Assembly (NCBI GenBank): GCA_030550025.1
Contig: JAUQQC010000002.1
Span: forward strand, 326,058-390,057
Origin: Acidobacteriota bacterium
GTDB lineage: Bacteria; Acidobacteriota; Blastocatellia; HR10
Direction of reading: 5' to 3'
Length of the DNA stretch: 64,000 bases
The position numbers were made by a program, and so were the translations under genes. Positions 42,592-54,491 of this stretch are shown in pieces; the first letter of the stretch is position 1, and each line of letters starts with the position of its first letter. The notes beneath the pieces were generated by a model, which had not been told where the DNA came from, ran no database searches, and saw only the letters and a program-made list of their open reading frames with translations.

Positions 42592-44154
42592 ATGGAACGC
42601 ATGTCGGAAGGAACGGCTGGCTCTTCGCCGGCCTGGGGGCTCTGGAAGCGATGGATGATGCCGCTCGGCTTGAGCCTGAGTGTGGTCCTGGGCCTTGGTT
42701 TAGGGGTTTGGATCTCCGGAGGGACTTCGGCCCGGCAATCGGCGCGACCGCTTCAGGTGAGCGAGAGCCATGTCGCGCCGACCGGAGCGCTCGCGACGGC
42801 GCTCGCCCTCTCGGAGGCATTCGCGCAGGTCGCGCGTCAGGTCGAGCCCGCCGTCGTCCATATTGAGACGGAGGCAGTGCGGACGGGTCGGCGCTCGGAG
42901 GATCCTTTCGATTTCTTCTTCGGCCCGCGTGGACGGCCGCGCCGTGGGACGGGATCGGGCGTGATCGTGGACCCGGAGGGGTACATCCTCACCAACTACC
43001 ACGTCATTCGTGGCGCTTCGACAGTTCGGGTCAAGACCTTCGATGGCAAGACCTATGTGCCGGAGGTGATCGGTGTGGATCCGGAGACGGATCTGGCCGT
43101 GATCAAGATCTCGCGGGGCGACCCCTTCCCCTACGCGCGCATGGGGGACTCGAACAAGTTGCGCGTCGGCGATTGGGTCTTGGCCATTGGCAGTCCGTTC
43201 GGTTTGGAGCAGACGGTCACGGCGGGAATCATCAGCGCGAAGGATCGCGTCACCGATGGAGAGAACGCGCCGTTCCAGCGGTTCTTGCAGACGGATGCGG
43301 CGATCAATCCCGGGAATTCCGGTGGGCCGCTCGTCAATTTGATGGGAGAGGTCGTCGGCATCAACACGCAGATCTCAACGAGCACGGGCTATTTCAATGG
43401 CGTGGGGTTCGCGCTGCCGTCGTCTCTGGCCGTCGAGGTCTACAATCAACTGGTGCGTCGCGGCCGCGTCGCGCGGGGGTATTTGGGCGTCTACGTGAAG
43501 CCGGTGACGCCACCGATCGCGCGCCTGAACGGCTTGAAGGAGCCGCAGGGGGCGCTCGTCGAGAGTGTCACGGATCCGGAGAGTCCGGCGGCGCGAGCGG
43601 GATTGCAGACGGGCGACATCATCGTGGAGATCGACGGCGAGCCGGTCCGAGACAGTCGTGATCTCACGCGGCGCGTGGCCTCGATGGACGTCGGGCGCAC
43701 GGTGCGATTGAAGTATATTCGCGATGGGCGCGAGTACGTCACCAGCGTCAAGCTTGGCGTTCGTCCGTCGCTCGCGGATCGCCGTGAGGAACCGTTGCGC
43801 GATGAGCCTCGCGGCAAGAACGCTCAGCCGCCGGAGGAGAAGAAGTCATCTGGACCGTCGCGCCTGGGCGCGACGCTGGAACCGGTAACTCCTCATGTGG
43901 CTGACGTCCTTAAGCTCGGAGCCGTTCGTGGAGCCATCGTTAGGGAGATCGAGGAGGAGAGCTTTGCCGAAACTCTCGGCCTCATGCCAGGCGACGTGAT
44001 CCTCTCGATCAATCGCGTGGAGATTCGAAGCCCAGAAGACGTCAAACGTCTCTTTGAGGGATTGAGATCGGGCGACGATGTGGTGATGATCGTCGCGCGC
44101 GCCAATCGAGGAGTCGGCCCGAGCCGCTCTGTGCTCTCGGGGACGATCCCATAG
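42592..44154 (+). CDS. Second DegP/HtrA serine protease
   Basis: TNYHVI, DLAVIK, INPGNSGG, two PDZ domains; extended -10 TGGTATAAT at 42549-42557; GGGAGG SD. Confidence 0.93.
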   Translation: MERMSEGTAGSSPAWGLWKRWMMPLGLSLSVVLGLGLGVWISGGTSARQSARPLQVSESHVAPTGALATALALSEAFAQVARQVEPAVVHIETEAVRTGRRSEDPFDFFFGPRGRPRRGTGSGVIVDPEGYILTNYHVIRGASTVRVKTFDGKTYVPEVIGVDPETDLAVIKISRGDPFPYARMGDSNKLRVGDWVLAIGSPFGLEQTVTAGIISAKDRVTDGENAPFQRFLQTDAAINPGNSGGPLVNLMGEVVGINTQISTSTGYFNGVGFALPSSLAVEVYNQLVRRGRVARGYLGVYVKPVTPPIARLNGLKEPQGALVESVTDPESPAARAGLQTGDIIVEIDGEPVRDSRDLTRRVASMDVGRTVRLKYIRDGREYVTSVKLGVRPSLADRREEPLRDEPRGKNAQPPEEKKSSGPSRLGATLEPVTPHVADVLKLGAVRGAIVREIEEESFAETLGLMPGDVILSINRVEIRSPEDVKRLFEGLRSGDDVVMIVARANRGVGPSRSVLSGTIP

Positions 44155-44165
44155 GAGGAGGCCTT

Positions 44166-44687
44166 GTGAGCGCGATCACTCGAATCGCAGCGAGTGTGGT
44201 AGTGCTCCTTCTGCTTCTTCCGGCGATCCTGATGCGAGAGGAGCATACGGGGGCAGCGCTCGCTCAAAGTCAACGGAGCGCGCGCGCGAAGCCGCCAGCC
44301 TCTCAAAAGCCGACGGCTCGCTCGAAGGCGCAGCGCTCGCGCGCGTCTTCGGCGCGGAAACGGAACGTCGCACGGCGGAGCGCTCGCGCCTCCGCACGCC
44401 GATCACCGACGCGTCGTCTCGTCCTTCGACCCGGCGGACTGATCCCACGCGAGCGCGTGCGTGAGATTCAATTGGCCCTGATCGAGCGTGGATTCTTGGA
44501 AGGCCCCCCGACGGGCGTATACGATGCGCGGACCGTCGAAGCGATGAAGCGGTTCCAAGAAGCGGAGGGGATCGAAGTGACCGGGTATCCGACGGCGCAT
44601 GCGCTCTACCGATTGGGGCTCCATCCGGCCGCCTCTTCCAACGGTGCCACGGCTGCACCCGTCCATCGGTCGCCGCCCTCATCGTGA
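44166..44687 (+). CDS. Secreted peptidoglycan-binding domain protein with basic linker
   Basis: Signal peptide; VREIQLALIERGF...TG.YD..T.EAMKRFQ...G. Confidence 0.87.
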   Translation: MSAITRIAASVVVLLLLLPAILMREEHTGAALAQSQRSARAKPPASQKPTARSKAQRSRASSARKRNVARRSARASARRSPTRRLVLRPGGLIPRERVREIQLALIERGFLEGPPTGVYDARTVEAMKRFQEAEGIEVTGYPTAHALYRLGLHPAASSNGATAAPVHRSPPSS

Positions 44688-44724
44688 GCGGTGGCTCTGG
44701 TCATCGTGCGGGACCACGAGGAAG

Positions 44725-45858
44725 ATGGTCGTGCGACTCCGACCGATTCGGCTGACGACGCTCTTTCGCATCCCGATTCGCGTGAGCTACGGTTGGATCC
44801 CCGTCGTCCTCCTGCATGTGTACGCCGTCTCGGTCTTCTATCTTCCTCGTCACCTGCACGACTTCGATCCTTTCACCTATTGGGCGCTCGGGGGGGTGAC
44901 GACGTTGCTGCTGTTCCTCTCGGTGCTCGGGCATGAGATCGGACATGCCCTGGTCGCGCGCGCCGAAGGCATCCGCATCTTCGACATCACGCTCCATCTG
45001 TTTGGCGGATTCGCGCGCTTCGAGCACGAAGCGCATTCGCCGGGCGCAGAATTTCGGATCGCCGTCGCCGGCCCGAGCGCGAGTTTCCTGTACGCCGTCA
45101 TGTTCTTCCTCTTGAATCAATTGAGCATCCACGTCTTCGACTCGCGTCCGGCGGCGCTCATCACGAATTATCTGGCGCTCTCGAATCTGATCCTGGCGCT
45201 CTTCAATCTACTGCCCGGGTTCCCGCTGGATGGTGGGCGGATATTCCGCGCGTGGTTGTGGGCGCGCTGGGGCGATTACTGGCGCGCCAGCCGGTGGGCC
45301 ATTGGGGTGGGGCAAGGCATCGCGTATCTGCTCATTGGCCTGGGCGTCTTCTGGGCGTTGCGCGCCCGCACCAGTGCCGATATCTTCGCTGGGGCATGGT
45401 CCATCCTGATCGGGATCTTCCTGCGCGATGTGGCCGAAAGCAGCCGCCTCTCCCTCGCGCACGTGGATCGGATGCGACGAATGCGCGTCGCGGAGGTCAT
45501 GCGCGATCCCCCGGCGCTTCTGCCACCGGAGATGACCGTTGAAGAATTGGCCGCGCGCGTGCTGCCGATGCATCGAAGCCGAACATTCCCCGTCTCGCGC
45601 GACCGTCGGTTGCATGGCATCTTGCTTGTGCCCGTTCTTCAGGCTCTGCCCCGCGAGCGATGGGCGCAGACGACTATTGGAGAGATCATGCAGCCGGTCG
45701 CTCCCTCAATGTTCGTTCATCCGGAGACGCCGCTTTGGGAAGCGCATCGCGTGCTGCGCCTCAACGGTCTGGGCGCCACCGCTGTGCTCGATGCCGACGG
45801 CTATATCGTCGGATATCTCACGCTCGAGGATTTTCGCTCGGACGTCCGTGCTCCCTAA
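44725..45858 (+). CDS. Site-2 protease (M50) with CBS domains
   Basis: HEIGH, AGP, NLLPGFPLDGG; C-terminal CBS pair. Confidence 0.93.
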   Translation: MVVRLRPIRLTTLFRIPIRVSYGWIPVVLLHVYAVSVFYLPRHLHDFDPFTYWALGGVTTLLLFLSVLGHEIGHALVARAEGIRIFDITLHLFGGFARFEHEAHSPGAEFRIAVAGPSASFLYAVMFFLLNQLSIHVFDSRPAALITNYLALSNLILALFNLLPGFPLDGGRIFRAWLWARWGDYWRASRWAIGVGQGIAYLLIGLGVFWALRARTSADIFAGAWSILIGIFLRDVAESSRLSLAHVDRMRRMRVAEVMRDPPALLPPEMTVEELAARVLPMHRSRTFPVSRDRRLHGILLVPVLQALPRERWAQTTIGEIMQPVAPSMFVHPETPLWEAHRVLRLNGLGATAVLDADGYIVGYLTLEDFRSDVRAP

Positions 45859-45882
45859 AGGAAGAAGGCGCGCGGGAGCGCG

Positions 45883-45912
45883 TTGACAATCTCGGTGTCC
45901 TTTCAGTACGAT
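45883..45912 (+). promoter_or_regulatory. Sigma70 promoter for the molybdoenzyme cluster
   Basis: TTGACA-N18-TACGAT. Confidence 0.65.
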
Positions 45913-45946
45913 TTTGCTCGCTCATGCCGAAGGGAGGGGGGATAGG

Positions 45947-46402
45947 GTGAGCGCGTGTATTCGGGCGCGAAGCGTCGAGGTGAGCCTGATGGTGATGCTG
46001 TTAGCAGTGAACGGTGCCTTGGTTCTCCCCTCTTCGCGCGGTCTTCCATTGGTCCTTGTGCGCGGGCGCTTTGTGTGCGCCGAACCTGCGGGCGAGGGCG
46101 CGTGTCCGCCCGAACGCATCGGGATTCGCACCTCTGAGGGACGCGTGTACTTCTTCCTCCCGGCGGACTCGGCCGTTGCGCTCTTTGCGGATTCACGCCT
46201 TCGCGCCGAGGAGCTTCAGATCGTGGCCCTTCGGCATGACGGCGATCGTTTGGAGAGCATTCGCGTCCGCCTCGTCCGAGGTGGGCGATTGTACGATATC
46301 GCCTACGTGTGCGACGTCTGTCAGATCAAATCCCCGGTGCCTGGGGTCTGCCCGTGTTGTCAGAAGGAACTGGCGCGCGAAGAGACTCCCATCGCTCCGT
46401 GA
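45947..46402 (+). CDS. Hypothetical exported protein with C-terminal Cys cluster
   Basis: Hydrophobic N-terminus; CDVC-x9-CPCC. Confidence 0.75.
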   Translation: MSACIRARSVEVSLMVMLLAVNGALVLPSSRGLPLVLVRGRFVCAEPAGEGACPPERIGIRTSEGRVYFFLPADSAVALFADSRLRAEELQIVALRHDGDRLESIRVRLVRGGRLYDIAYVCDVCQIKSPVPGVCPCCQKELAREETPIAP

Positions 46403-46435
46403 GAGCGCGGCGCCGGTGAAGGAGGATGTGGCCTT

Positions 46436-47050
46436 ATGGAGAAGCAGCGATTGAAAACGGGAAGCCTTTCGCGACGCGACTTTTTGAAAGTCTCGGGGAT
46501 CACGCTCACGGTCCCCTTGGTGGTCGGGCCACGCGTACTCAAGGTCGCCGGGGCGGAGGTGAAGGTCTTCGGTCCCGGGAAGGTCCCGATGACGTTCACC
46601 ATCAACGGGAAGACGTATCGGGCGGAGCTTGAGCCGCGCGTGACCTTGCTCGATGCGCTTCGAAATGAATTCGATCTGACTGGCGCCAAACGGGTGTGCG
46701 ATCGTGGGACGTGCGGCGCGTGCACGGTGCTTTTGGACGGCAAGCCCGTCTATGCGTGTTCCGTGCTCGCGATTGAGGCGCAAGGGAAAGCGATCACGAC
46801 CGTCGAAGGCCTCATGCAGGATGGGAAGCTGCATCCGATTCAACAGGCGTTCATTGAGAACGATGCCCTGCAGTGTGGCTTCTGCACGCCTGGATTCGTC
46901 GTCGCCTGTAAGGCGCTTTTAGATCGAATCCCCAATCCCACGCCGGAGGATTTGGTGGTCGGATTGGGCGGGAACCTCTGTCGCTGCGGGACCTATGTGG
47001 GGATTCGAGCGGCCATCGCGCAGGCCGCCCGGATGCAGAGAGGAGGGTGA
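46436..47050 (+). CDS. Xanthine-oxidase-family 2x[2Fe-2S] subunit with Tat signal (PaoA/YagT-like)
   Basis: SRRDFLK; CDRGTCGAC..C; QCGFC...CRC. Confidence 0.95.
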   Translation: MEKQRLKTGSLSRRDFLKVSGITLTVPLVVGPRVLKVAGAEVKVFGPGKVPMTFTINGKTYRAELEPRVTLLDALRNEFDLTGAKRVCDRGTCGACTVLLDGKPVYACSVLAIEAQGKAITTVEGLMQDGKLHPIQQAFIENDALQCGFCTPGFVVACKALLDRIPNPTPEDLVVGLGGNLCRCGTYVGIRAAIAQAARMQRGG

Positions 47051-47053
47051 GCT

Positions 47054-49211
<2,158 letters not shown>

Positions 49212-49225
<14 letters not shown>

Positions 49226-50210
49226 GTACGTGAGTCCGACGACGAAGGAACAGGCCGTTGCGCTGCTCTCCAGCACGTGGGGGGAGACCGAGATCCTCGC
49301 GGGCGGCACCGACTTGCTCGCGCTCCTGAAGGACGACATCGTGCGGCCTCGGCGTGTGGTCAACATCAAAGAGATCGCCGAGCTGCGAGGGATCAGCTTC
49401 TCGATGCCCGCAGGATTGCGCATCGGCGCGACGGTCACCTTGCAGGAGCTTCTCGATCATCCCGATATCGCGCGCCACTATCCGGCGCTTGTGCAAGCGG
49501 CTCGTGGCGTCACCAGCCCCCAGATTCGGAACATGGGGACCGTCGGGGGGGATCTCTGTCAGCGACCGCGCTGCTGGTACTTCCGCTCGGGCTTCGGCCT
49601 TCTGGCTCGCGATGAGACGGGGCGCTCGCTCGTCTTGGAGGGAGACAATCGGTATCATGCGATCCTGGGCAATGAGGGGCCGGCTTATTTCGTGAATCCG
49701 TCGAGTTTGGCTCCGGCGCTCATCGCCTATGGCGCGCGCCTTCGGATTTTCGGCCCGCGGGGAACGCGCGAAATCCCGGTCGAACGCTTCTTCCGCATCC
49801 CGAAGTCGGAGGCCGAGCGCGAATATGATTTGCAGCCGAATGAGATCGTGACCGAGATTCTCGTGCCGCCGCCTTCGGCGGGGATGGTGAGCGCGACCTA
49901 TGAGGTGCGTCAACGTGAGGCGCTCGATTGGCCGCTGGCGACGGCTTCGGTGGCGTTGGTGCTCGAAGGCCAACGCGTGCGCTCGGCGCGCGTCGTGCTC
50001 GGGCACGTCGCGCCGATTCCCTGGCCGTCGCCGGAAGCCGAGCGCGCCCTCCTAGGAAAGACTGTGAGCGAGGAGGTCGCGCAAGCGGCCGCCAACGCCG
50101 CCGTGCAGAGGGCGCGAAGCCTGGGGAAGAACGAATACAAGATTCAGCTCGCTCGCGTCGCCGTACGTCGAGCGATCCAGCAAGCTGTCGGAGGAGGAGC
50201 GCGACGATGA
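49212..50210 (+). CDS. Xanthine-oxidase-family FAD subunit (PaoB/YagS-like)
   Basis: AGGTDLL, PQIRNMGTVGG, QRPRCWYFR, LGHVAPIPW, NEYK. Confidence 0.95.
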
Positions 50211-50437
50211 TAGACGCCGAACGATTCGCCGAAGTGTACTGGACGCTCTGCCCGCACTTGCGGTGGAAGACGCAGTTCTACGCGGAGACACCCACGGTCC
50301 CCCCGCCGCCCCCCGATGATGGCTTCTTCTGGTGTGCCTTCACGCAGACGTGCTTGGGGCCCGACGGCGCTGTGGTGGAGCCTGAATCGTGCGCCTCTGC
50401 CCATCGGGCTTGTTATGGGACGGGGCGACTGCGGTAA
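50207..50437 (+). CDS. Small five-cysteine protein (76 aa)
   Basis: GGAGGAG SD, ATGA overlap with FAD-subunit stop; Cys at 15, 43, 49, 62, 69. Confidence 0.8.
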   Translation: MIDAERFAEVYWTLCPHLRWKTQFYAETPTVPPPPPDDGFFWCAFTQTCLGPDGAVVEPESCASAHRACYGTGRLR

Positions 50438-50524
50438 GATATTCCTGGCAAGGCGGACGCGGAGACTCCGATGGACGCGAAGCGTCCGGCGGAGCGTAGT
50501 GAGATTTTGGGGGAGGTGAGGTCT

Positions 50525-51199
50525 ATGCGCAGTCTGGTGGTGGTCCTGTTCACACTCGCGGGAGTCGTGGGCATCTCCGAGAGGGCGCAGGCGCAGCAGA
50601 TCCTCGGCGCCTACGTCGAGGCGCGCAATGCCGACGTCTATACTGGCCCCTGCTTCGCCAATGCCGAAGCGGGTTTTGTGGGGGATCAAGCGATCCTCGC
50701 TTGGCACGTTCACCGAGGCCAGTGGGCGGGTGTTCAGCTGGACGGCTTGAGCGTCGTCGGCGTCGTGAAAGCGCGCGCGACGCTCGGAGACCCTCAGGGG
50801 CAACCATATCCGGCGAAGGCCATCTTGATCGTGGATGAACGGGCGAGCCGGGAACAGCGCGAAGCTTTGCTCCGCTTCGCTCAGGCGATGGGGGGCGAAC
50901 TGCTTCGGAACGTCGTGCGGGTCGTGGCCGCTCCTATCTACTTCGACGTTCGGGATGACGGCGAGCATGCGGCTCGGGCTGTCGTACGCGCGGGCGAGTG
51001 GGCGCGCATCGAAACGCGCCCCTTGAACGAGCAGGATCATATCTGCGGCAATGAGGAGGTCTTTTACCCGCCGCTCGCTCCGGTCCAGCATGCGATGCCT
51101 GCTGTCGCCACGCTCAATCAGTTTCGCGGCGATGGCTTGGGCGTCATCTGGACCATTCGCGGCAAACGGGGTGCTTTCGTCGGCCACTTCGCGCAATGA
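50525..51199 (+). CDS. Exported DUF1326-like protein
   Basis: GGAGG SD, signal peptide (AQA), GAYVEAR..DVYTGPC, G.W.GVQLDGL, VDERAS.EQREAL. Confidence 0.72.
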   Translation: MRSLVVVLFTLAGVVGISERAQAQQILGAYVEARNADVYTGPCFANAEAGFVGDQAILAWHVHRGQWAGVQLDGLSVVGVVKARATLGDPQGQPYPAKAILIVDERASREQREALLRFAQAMGGELLRNVVRVVAAPIYFDVRDDGEHAARAVVRAGEWARIETRPLNEQDHICGNEEVFYPPLAPVQHAMPAVATLNQFRGDGLGVIWTIRGKRGAFVGHFAQ

Positions 51200-51235
51200 G
51201 CGCAGAGGCGCTCGTTTCGTGAAACAAATGGACGA

Positions 51236-51261
51236 GGCCACCCCCGCCAGCGGGGGTGGTT
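51236..51261 (+). terminator. GC-rich hairpin (terminator or processing site)
   Basis: CCACCCCCG-CCAG-CGGGGGTGG followed by TTTG. Confidence 0.5.
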
Positions 51262-51314
51262 TGCCTTCCTTATGTGGGGTCCTCCCACGCTATTTTTGTT
51301 AGGAGGGAGAAGTA

Positions 51315-51980
51315 ATGCGACGGTCTCATACGATAGCGCTCATCCTCCTGCTGGAGTTCATTTGCCCTACTCTCGCCCAGGGGAGTCGGGTGGAGATCAT
51401 TGGTCCACTCACGGCATCGTCCGTCCCGGAATCCGTGCAGAAGGCCTTGGAGCCGAAAGGCTATCGCGTCCTTCAATCTGATGGGCGCGTGATCTGCGAG
51501 CTTTGGTTTCGCGCTGCCGTTCCTATTCAAGCGGGGAAGACGGCGGAGCCCGACGTCGTATACGCGGGCTTGGAGGAATCCACTCTCATTGGCGTGATCG
51601 TATTCCCGCAGCCGACGACCGATTATCGGGGACAGGCGATCAAGCCGGGCGCCTATACGCTGCGGTATGCGCTGTATCCGGTGGACGGCAATCACATGGG
51701 CATCGCTCCCAATCGCGACTTCCTCTTGCTCATCCCCGCCGAGCTGGATCCCGAGGTGGCGGCGCGATACGCGTTCGAGGACTTGGTGAAACTGAGCGCC
51801 AAGGCAGCCGGAACGAATCATCCGGCCGGGCTCAGTCTTCGTTCGGCGGGTGGGTATCAAACGATCCCGACCGTTGTGGAGCTGGCCTCTCGATATACGT
51901 TGCTTGTCGCGCCGGTGAAGACGACGACCGGGGGAGAGCTGACGCTGGCACTCATTGTCAGAGGCATTGCAGAATTGTGA
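51315..51980 (+). CDS. Hypothetical exported protein
   Basis: AGGAGG SD, signal peptide; DYRGQ.IKPGAYTLRY, DGNHMG..RDFLLL. Confidence 0.85.
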   Translation: MRRSHTIALILLLEFICPTLAQGSRVEIIGPLTASSVPESVQKALEPKGYRVLQSDGRVICELWFRAAVPIQAGKTAEPDVVYAGLEESTLIGVIVFPQPTTDYRGQAIKPGAYTLRYALYPVDGNHMGIAPNRDFLLLIPAELDPEVAARYAFEDLVKLSAKAAGTNHPAGLSLRSAGGYQTIPTVVELASRYTLLVAPVKTTTGGELTLALIVRGIAEL

Positions 51981-51991
51981 ACGACGACGCT

Positions 51992-52618
51992 TCATCGGAG
52001 CCCTTTGAGCTGGGCGACAAGCGGCGCGAGCTGCTCCGCCTCCACGAACATCCGGATGGCTGCTACGCCGGCCGCCCGATGCGCGAGCACCTGCGGAGCG
52101 TTCCCCGGAGTGATGCCGCCGATGGCGAGAACGGGGAGACGGATCATCGCCGCAATGCGCGCGAACGCTTCCAGGCCGAGCGGTGGCCCATAGGACATTT
52201 TGCTCGGCGTCTCGAAGACAGGGCCGAGAACGAGAAAGTCCGCCCCTTCGGCCTCCGCTTGTCGCGCTTCTTGGAGCGAATGCGTCGAGGCGCCGATCAA
52301 AAAGTCCGGTCCGACAAGCTCCCGCGCGACGGCGACAGGCAGCGAGCGCGTCGTCAGGTGAACCCCATGCGCGCCGCAGGTTACGGCGACATCCACGCGG
52401 TCGTTGACCAAGAGCCGCGCGGGCGTCCCGGCAATTCGTGCCGCCGCCTCTTCGACGAGCGCGCACAGCTCTCGCGTCGGCAAGTCCTTCTCGCGAATCT
52501 GGATCAAATCCACACCCGCGCGCGCCGCTTCCGCAATGAGATCGAGGACGGAACGCGACAGGCAAAGGCTCCGATCCGTAATGAGGTACAGGATGGGCGG
52601 GTTCCCCAACGCCGTCAT
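51992..52618 (-). CDS. thiE: Thiamine-phosphate synthase / TenI family
   Basis: YLITD, QIREK, VNDRVD, GVHL, GASTH, T.SK, AIGGI. Confidence 0.85.
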   Translation of the reverse strand: MTALGNPPILYLITDRSLCLSRSVLDLIAEAARAGVDLIQIREKDLPTRELCALVEEAAARIAGTPARLLVNDRVDVAVTCGAHGVHLTTRSLPVAVARELVGPDFLIGASTHSLQEARQAEAEGADFLVLGPVFETPSKMSYGPPLGLEAFARIAAMIRLPVLAIGGITPGNAPQVLAHRAAGVAAIRMFVEAEQLAPLVAQLKGLR

Positions 52619-52923
52619 CGCTCACCCTCCGAAGATGAGGGACGACGCTTTCCCTCCTCGATCAGCCGAAGGAGATCGCGATATCGGGAAGCTTCCCACA
52701 CCCCCAGAATGAGGTTGAGCACGCCTAGCCCGGTGACGCTCGCTTTGACCGCGAAGCTATTGAACGTGAGCAGCAGCTCGGCCGATCCCGTCCGTTGCAC
52801 GAGGTACGCCAAAAGCACATTGTCGCTCCACAAGGACGTCCACGGCGCCACGATCAGAATAGCGCCCAGCTCGAAATAGACGAGGATGTACAGAATGACT
52901 GTGATCTTCGCCGACATCGTCAC
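52615..52923 (-). CDS. Small membrane protein
   Basis: Two hydrophobic helices; ATGA-coupled to thiE. Confidence 0.8.
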   Translation of the reverse strand: MTMSAKITVILYILVYFELGAILIVAPWTSLWSDNVLLAYLVQRTGSAELLLTFNSFAVKASVTGLGVLNLILGVWEASRYRDLLRLIEEGKRRPSSSEGER

Positions 52924-52958
52924 GTTCGACCCCCACGAACACGCCCTCCGAACCCCTC

Positions 52959-53079
52959 AGGGTAACACCCCACCGGCGGGAGGGTCAAATCTTCGACCGA
53001 GCCGTCCCGGAACCGGCTCGAACGTCACGTCGCTTCCGCGCCCGTGGGGTTGCGCGAGGCGACATCTGCGGAGTACGCT
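52959..53079. promoter_or_regulatory. Divergent promoters (membrane protein-thiE / aminotransferase)
   Basis: Minus TTGACC-N18-TACCCT (52959-52988); plus TTGCGC-N18-TACGCT (53050-53079). Confidence 0.5.
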
Positions 53080-53106
53080 TTCTCCGCGAAACGACATAAG
53101 GGGTTG

Positions 53107-54411
53107 ATGGCCATGAGTAGCGAGGAATTGGTGCGCAAGCAGAAGGACTATCTCTTTCGATGCGTCTCGACGTACTATCGGGAGCCGCTCATAATCGAGC
53201 GTGGCGAGGGGATGTACGTGTGGGATGCGCAGGGACGGCGATACTTGGATTGTTTCGGCGGAGTCTTAACGATCAGCGTCGGACACGCGCACCCAAAGGT
53301 CGTGGAAGCGATCACGGATCAAGTCCGAAAGATCTCCCACACCTCCACGCTCTACATCAATGAGCCGCAGGTGCAGTTGGCCGAAAAATTGGCCCAGATC
53401 ACCCCGGGACGGTTGCAGAAGAGCTTCTTCACCAACAGCGGCACCGAGGCCGATGAGACGGCGCTTGTGCTGGCGCGGCTCTACACGGGACAACAGGAGA
53501 TCATCGCGCTGCGGCACGGCTACAGCGGCCGATCCGCCCTGGCCATGAGCGTCAGCGGGCAAGCGCCGTGGAAGCTCGGGACACCTTACGTCGCCGGGAT
53601 CGTACACGCCGTCGCGCCGTATTGCTATCGCTGCCCCTTCAAACTCACCTATCCGGCGTGCGATCTGGCCTGTGCGCACGATGTGGAGGAGTTGATTCGA
53701 ACGACGACCTCCGGTCGCGTCGCCGCGCTCATCGCCGAACCGATCCTGGGCGTCGGCGGTTTCATCGTCCCTCCGAAGGAATACTTCAAGGTCGTCGTTG
53801 AGATCGTGCGTCGCTATGGCGGCATCTTCATTTGCGACGAGGTGCAGACGGGATGGGGGCGCACGGGCGATACGTTGTTCGGCATCGAGCATTGGGAAGT
53901 GGAGCCGGAAGTCATGACCTTCGCTAAAGGGCTGGCCAATGGGACGCCGATTGGCGCGACGATCGCGACACCAGAGGTCGCCGATGCCTATCCCTCGCTC
54001 ACGTTCTCCACCTTCGGCGGCAATCCCGTCGCCTGTCGCGCCGCCTTAGCGACGATTCGCGTCATTGAGGAGGAGGAGTTGCCGAAGAACGCGCGCCGGG
54101 TCGGCGATTATCTGCGCGAGCAGTTGGAGGCGCTCAAGGAGGCGTATCCGCAAATCATCGGCGATGTGCGCGGCATGGGTTTGATGCAGGCGATCGAGCT
54201 GGTGAAAGACCCGAAGACCAAGGAGCCCAATCCCGAAGCCTTGCAACAGGTCTTCGAAGAGACGAAAAAACGCGGTGTCCTCATCGGCCGAGGTGGGCTC
54301 TATGGGAACGTGATCCGTATTGGCCCGCCGCTGATCGCCACTAAGGACCACATTGATGAGCTGATCTCAGCATTGACGGCGGCCTTTGCCGCCCTCGCGC
54401 ATCATGGATGA
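53107..54411 (+). CDS. Class III PLP aminotransferase (AGXT2/beta-alanine type)
   Basis: NSGTEA, DEVQTGWGRTG, AKGLANG, STFGGNP. Confidence 0.93.
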   Translation: MAMSSEELVRKQKDYLFRCVSTYYREPLIIERGEGMYVWDAQGRRYLDCFGGVLTISVGHAHPKVVEAITDQVRKISHTSTLYINEPQVQLAEKLAQITPGRLQKSFFTNSGTEADETALVLARLYTGQQEIIALRHGYSGRSALAMSVSGQAPWKLGTPYVAGIVHAVAPYCYRCPFKLTYPACDLACAHDVEELIRTTTSGRVAALIAEPILGVGGFIVPPKEYFKVVVEIVRRYGGIFICDEVQTGWGRTGDTLFGIEHWEVEPEVMTFAKGLANGTPIGATIATPEVADAYPSLTFSTFGGNPVACRAALATIRVIEEEELPKNARRVGDYLREQLEALKEAYPQIIGDVRGMGLMQAIELVKDPKTKEPNPEALQQVFEETKKRGVLIGRGGLYGNVIRIGPPLIATKDHIDELISALTAAFAALAHHG

Positions 54412-54463
54412 ATACGTAATTTTGCGCATTTTGAAGAAATTTTTGCACTGCCGAAGACAGATA

Positions 54464-54490
54464 GGGTGAGCCGGTCTTTCTGGCTCACCC
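54464..54490. terminator. Hairpin downstream of the aminotransferase
   Basis: GGGTGAGCCGG-TCTTT-CTGGCTCACCC. Confidence 0.6.
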
Positions 54491-54491
54491 C

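Noticed and set aside
52905-52975. TPP riboswitch upstream of thiE (GGGGTG...CTGAG...GAAC.TGA on the minus strand)
   Set aside because: No CTGAGA, ACCC or TAATGCC core; the match overlaps the predicted promoter and the start codon.
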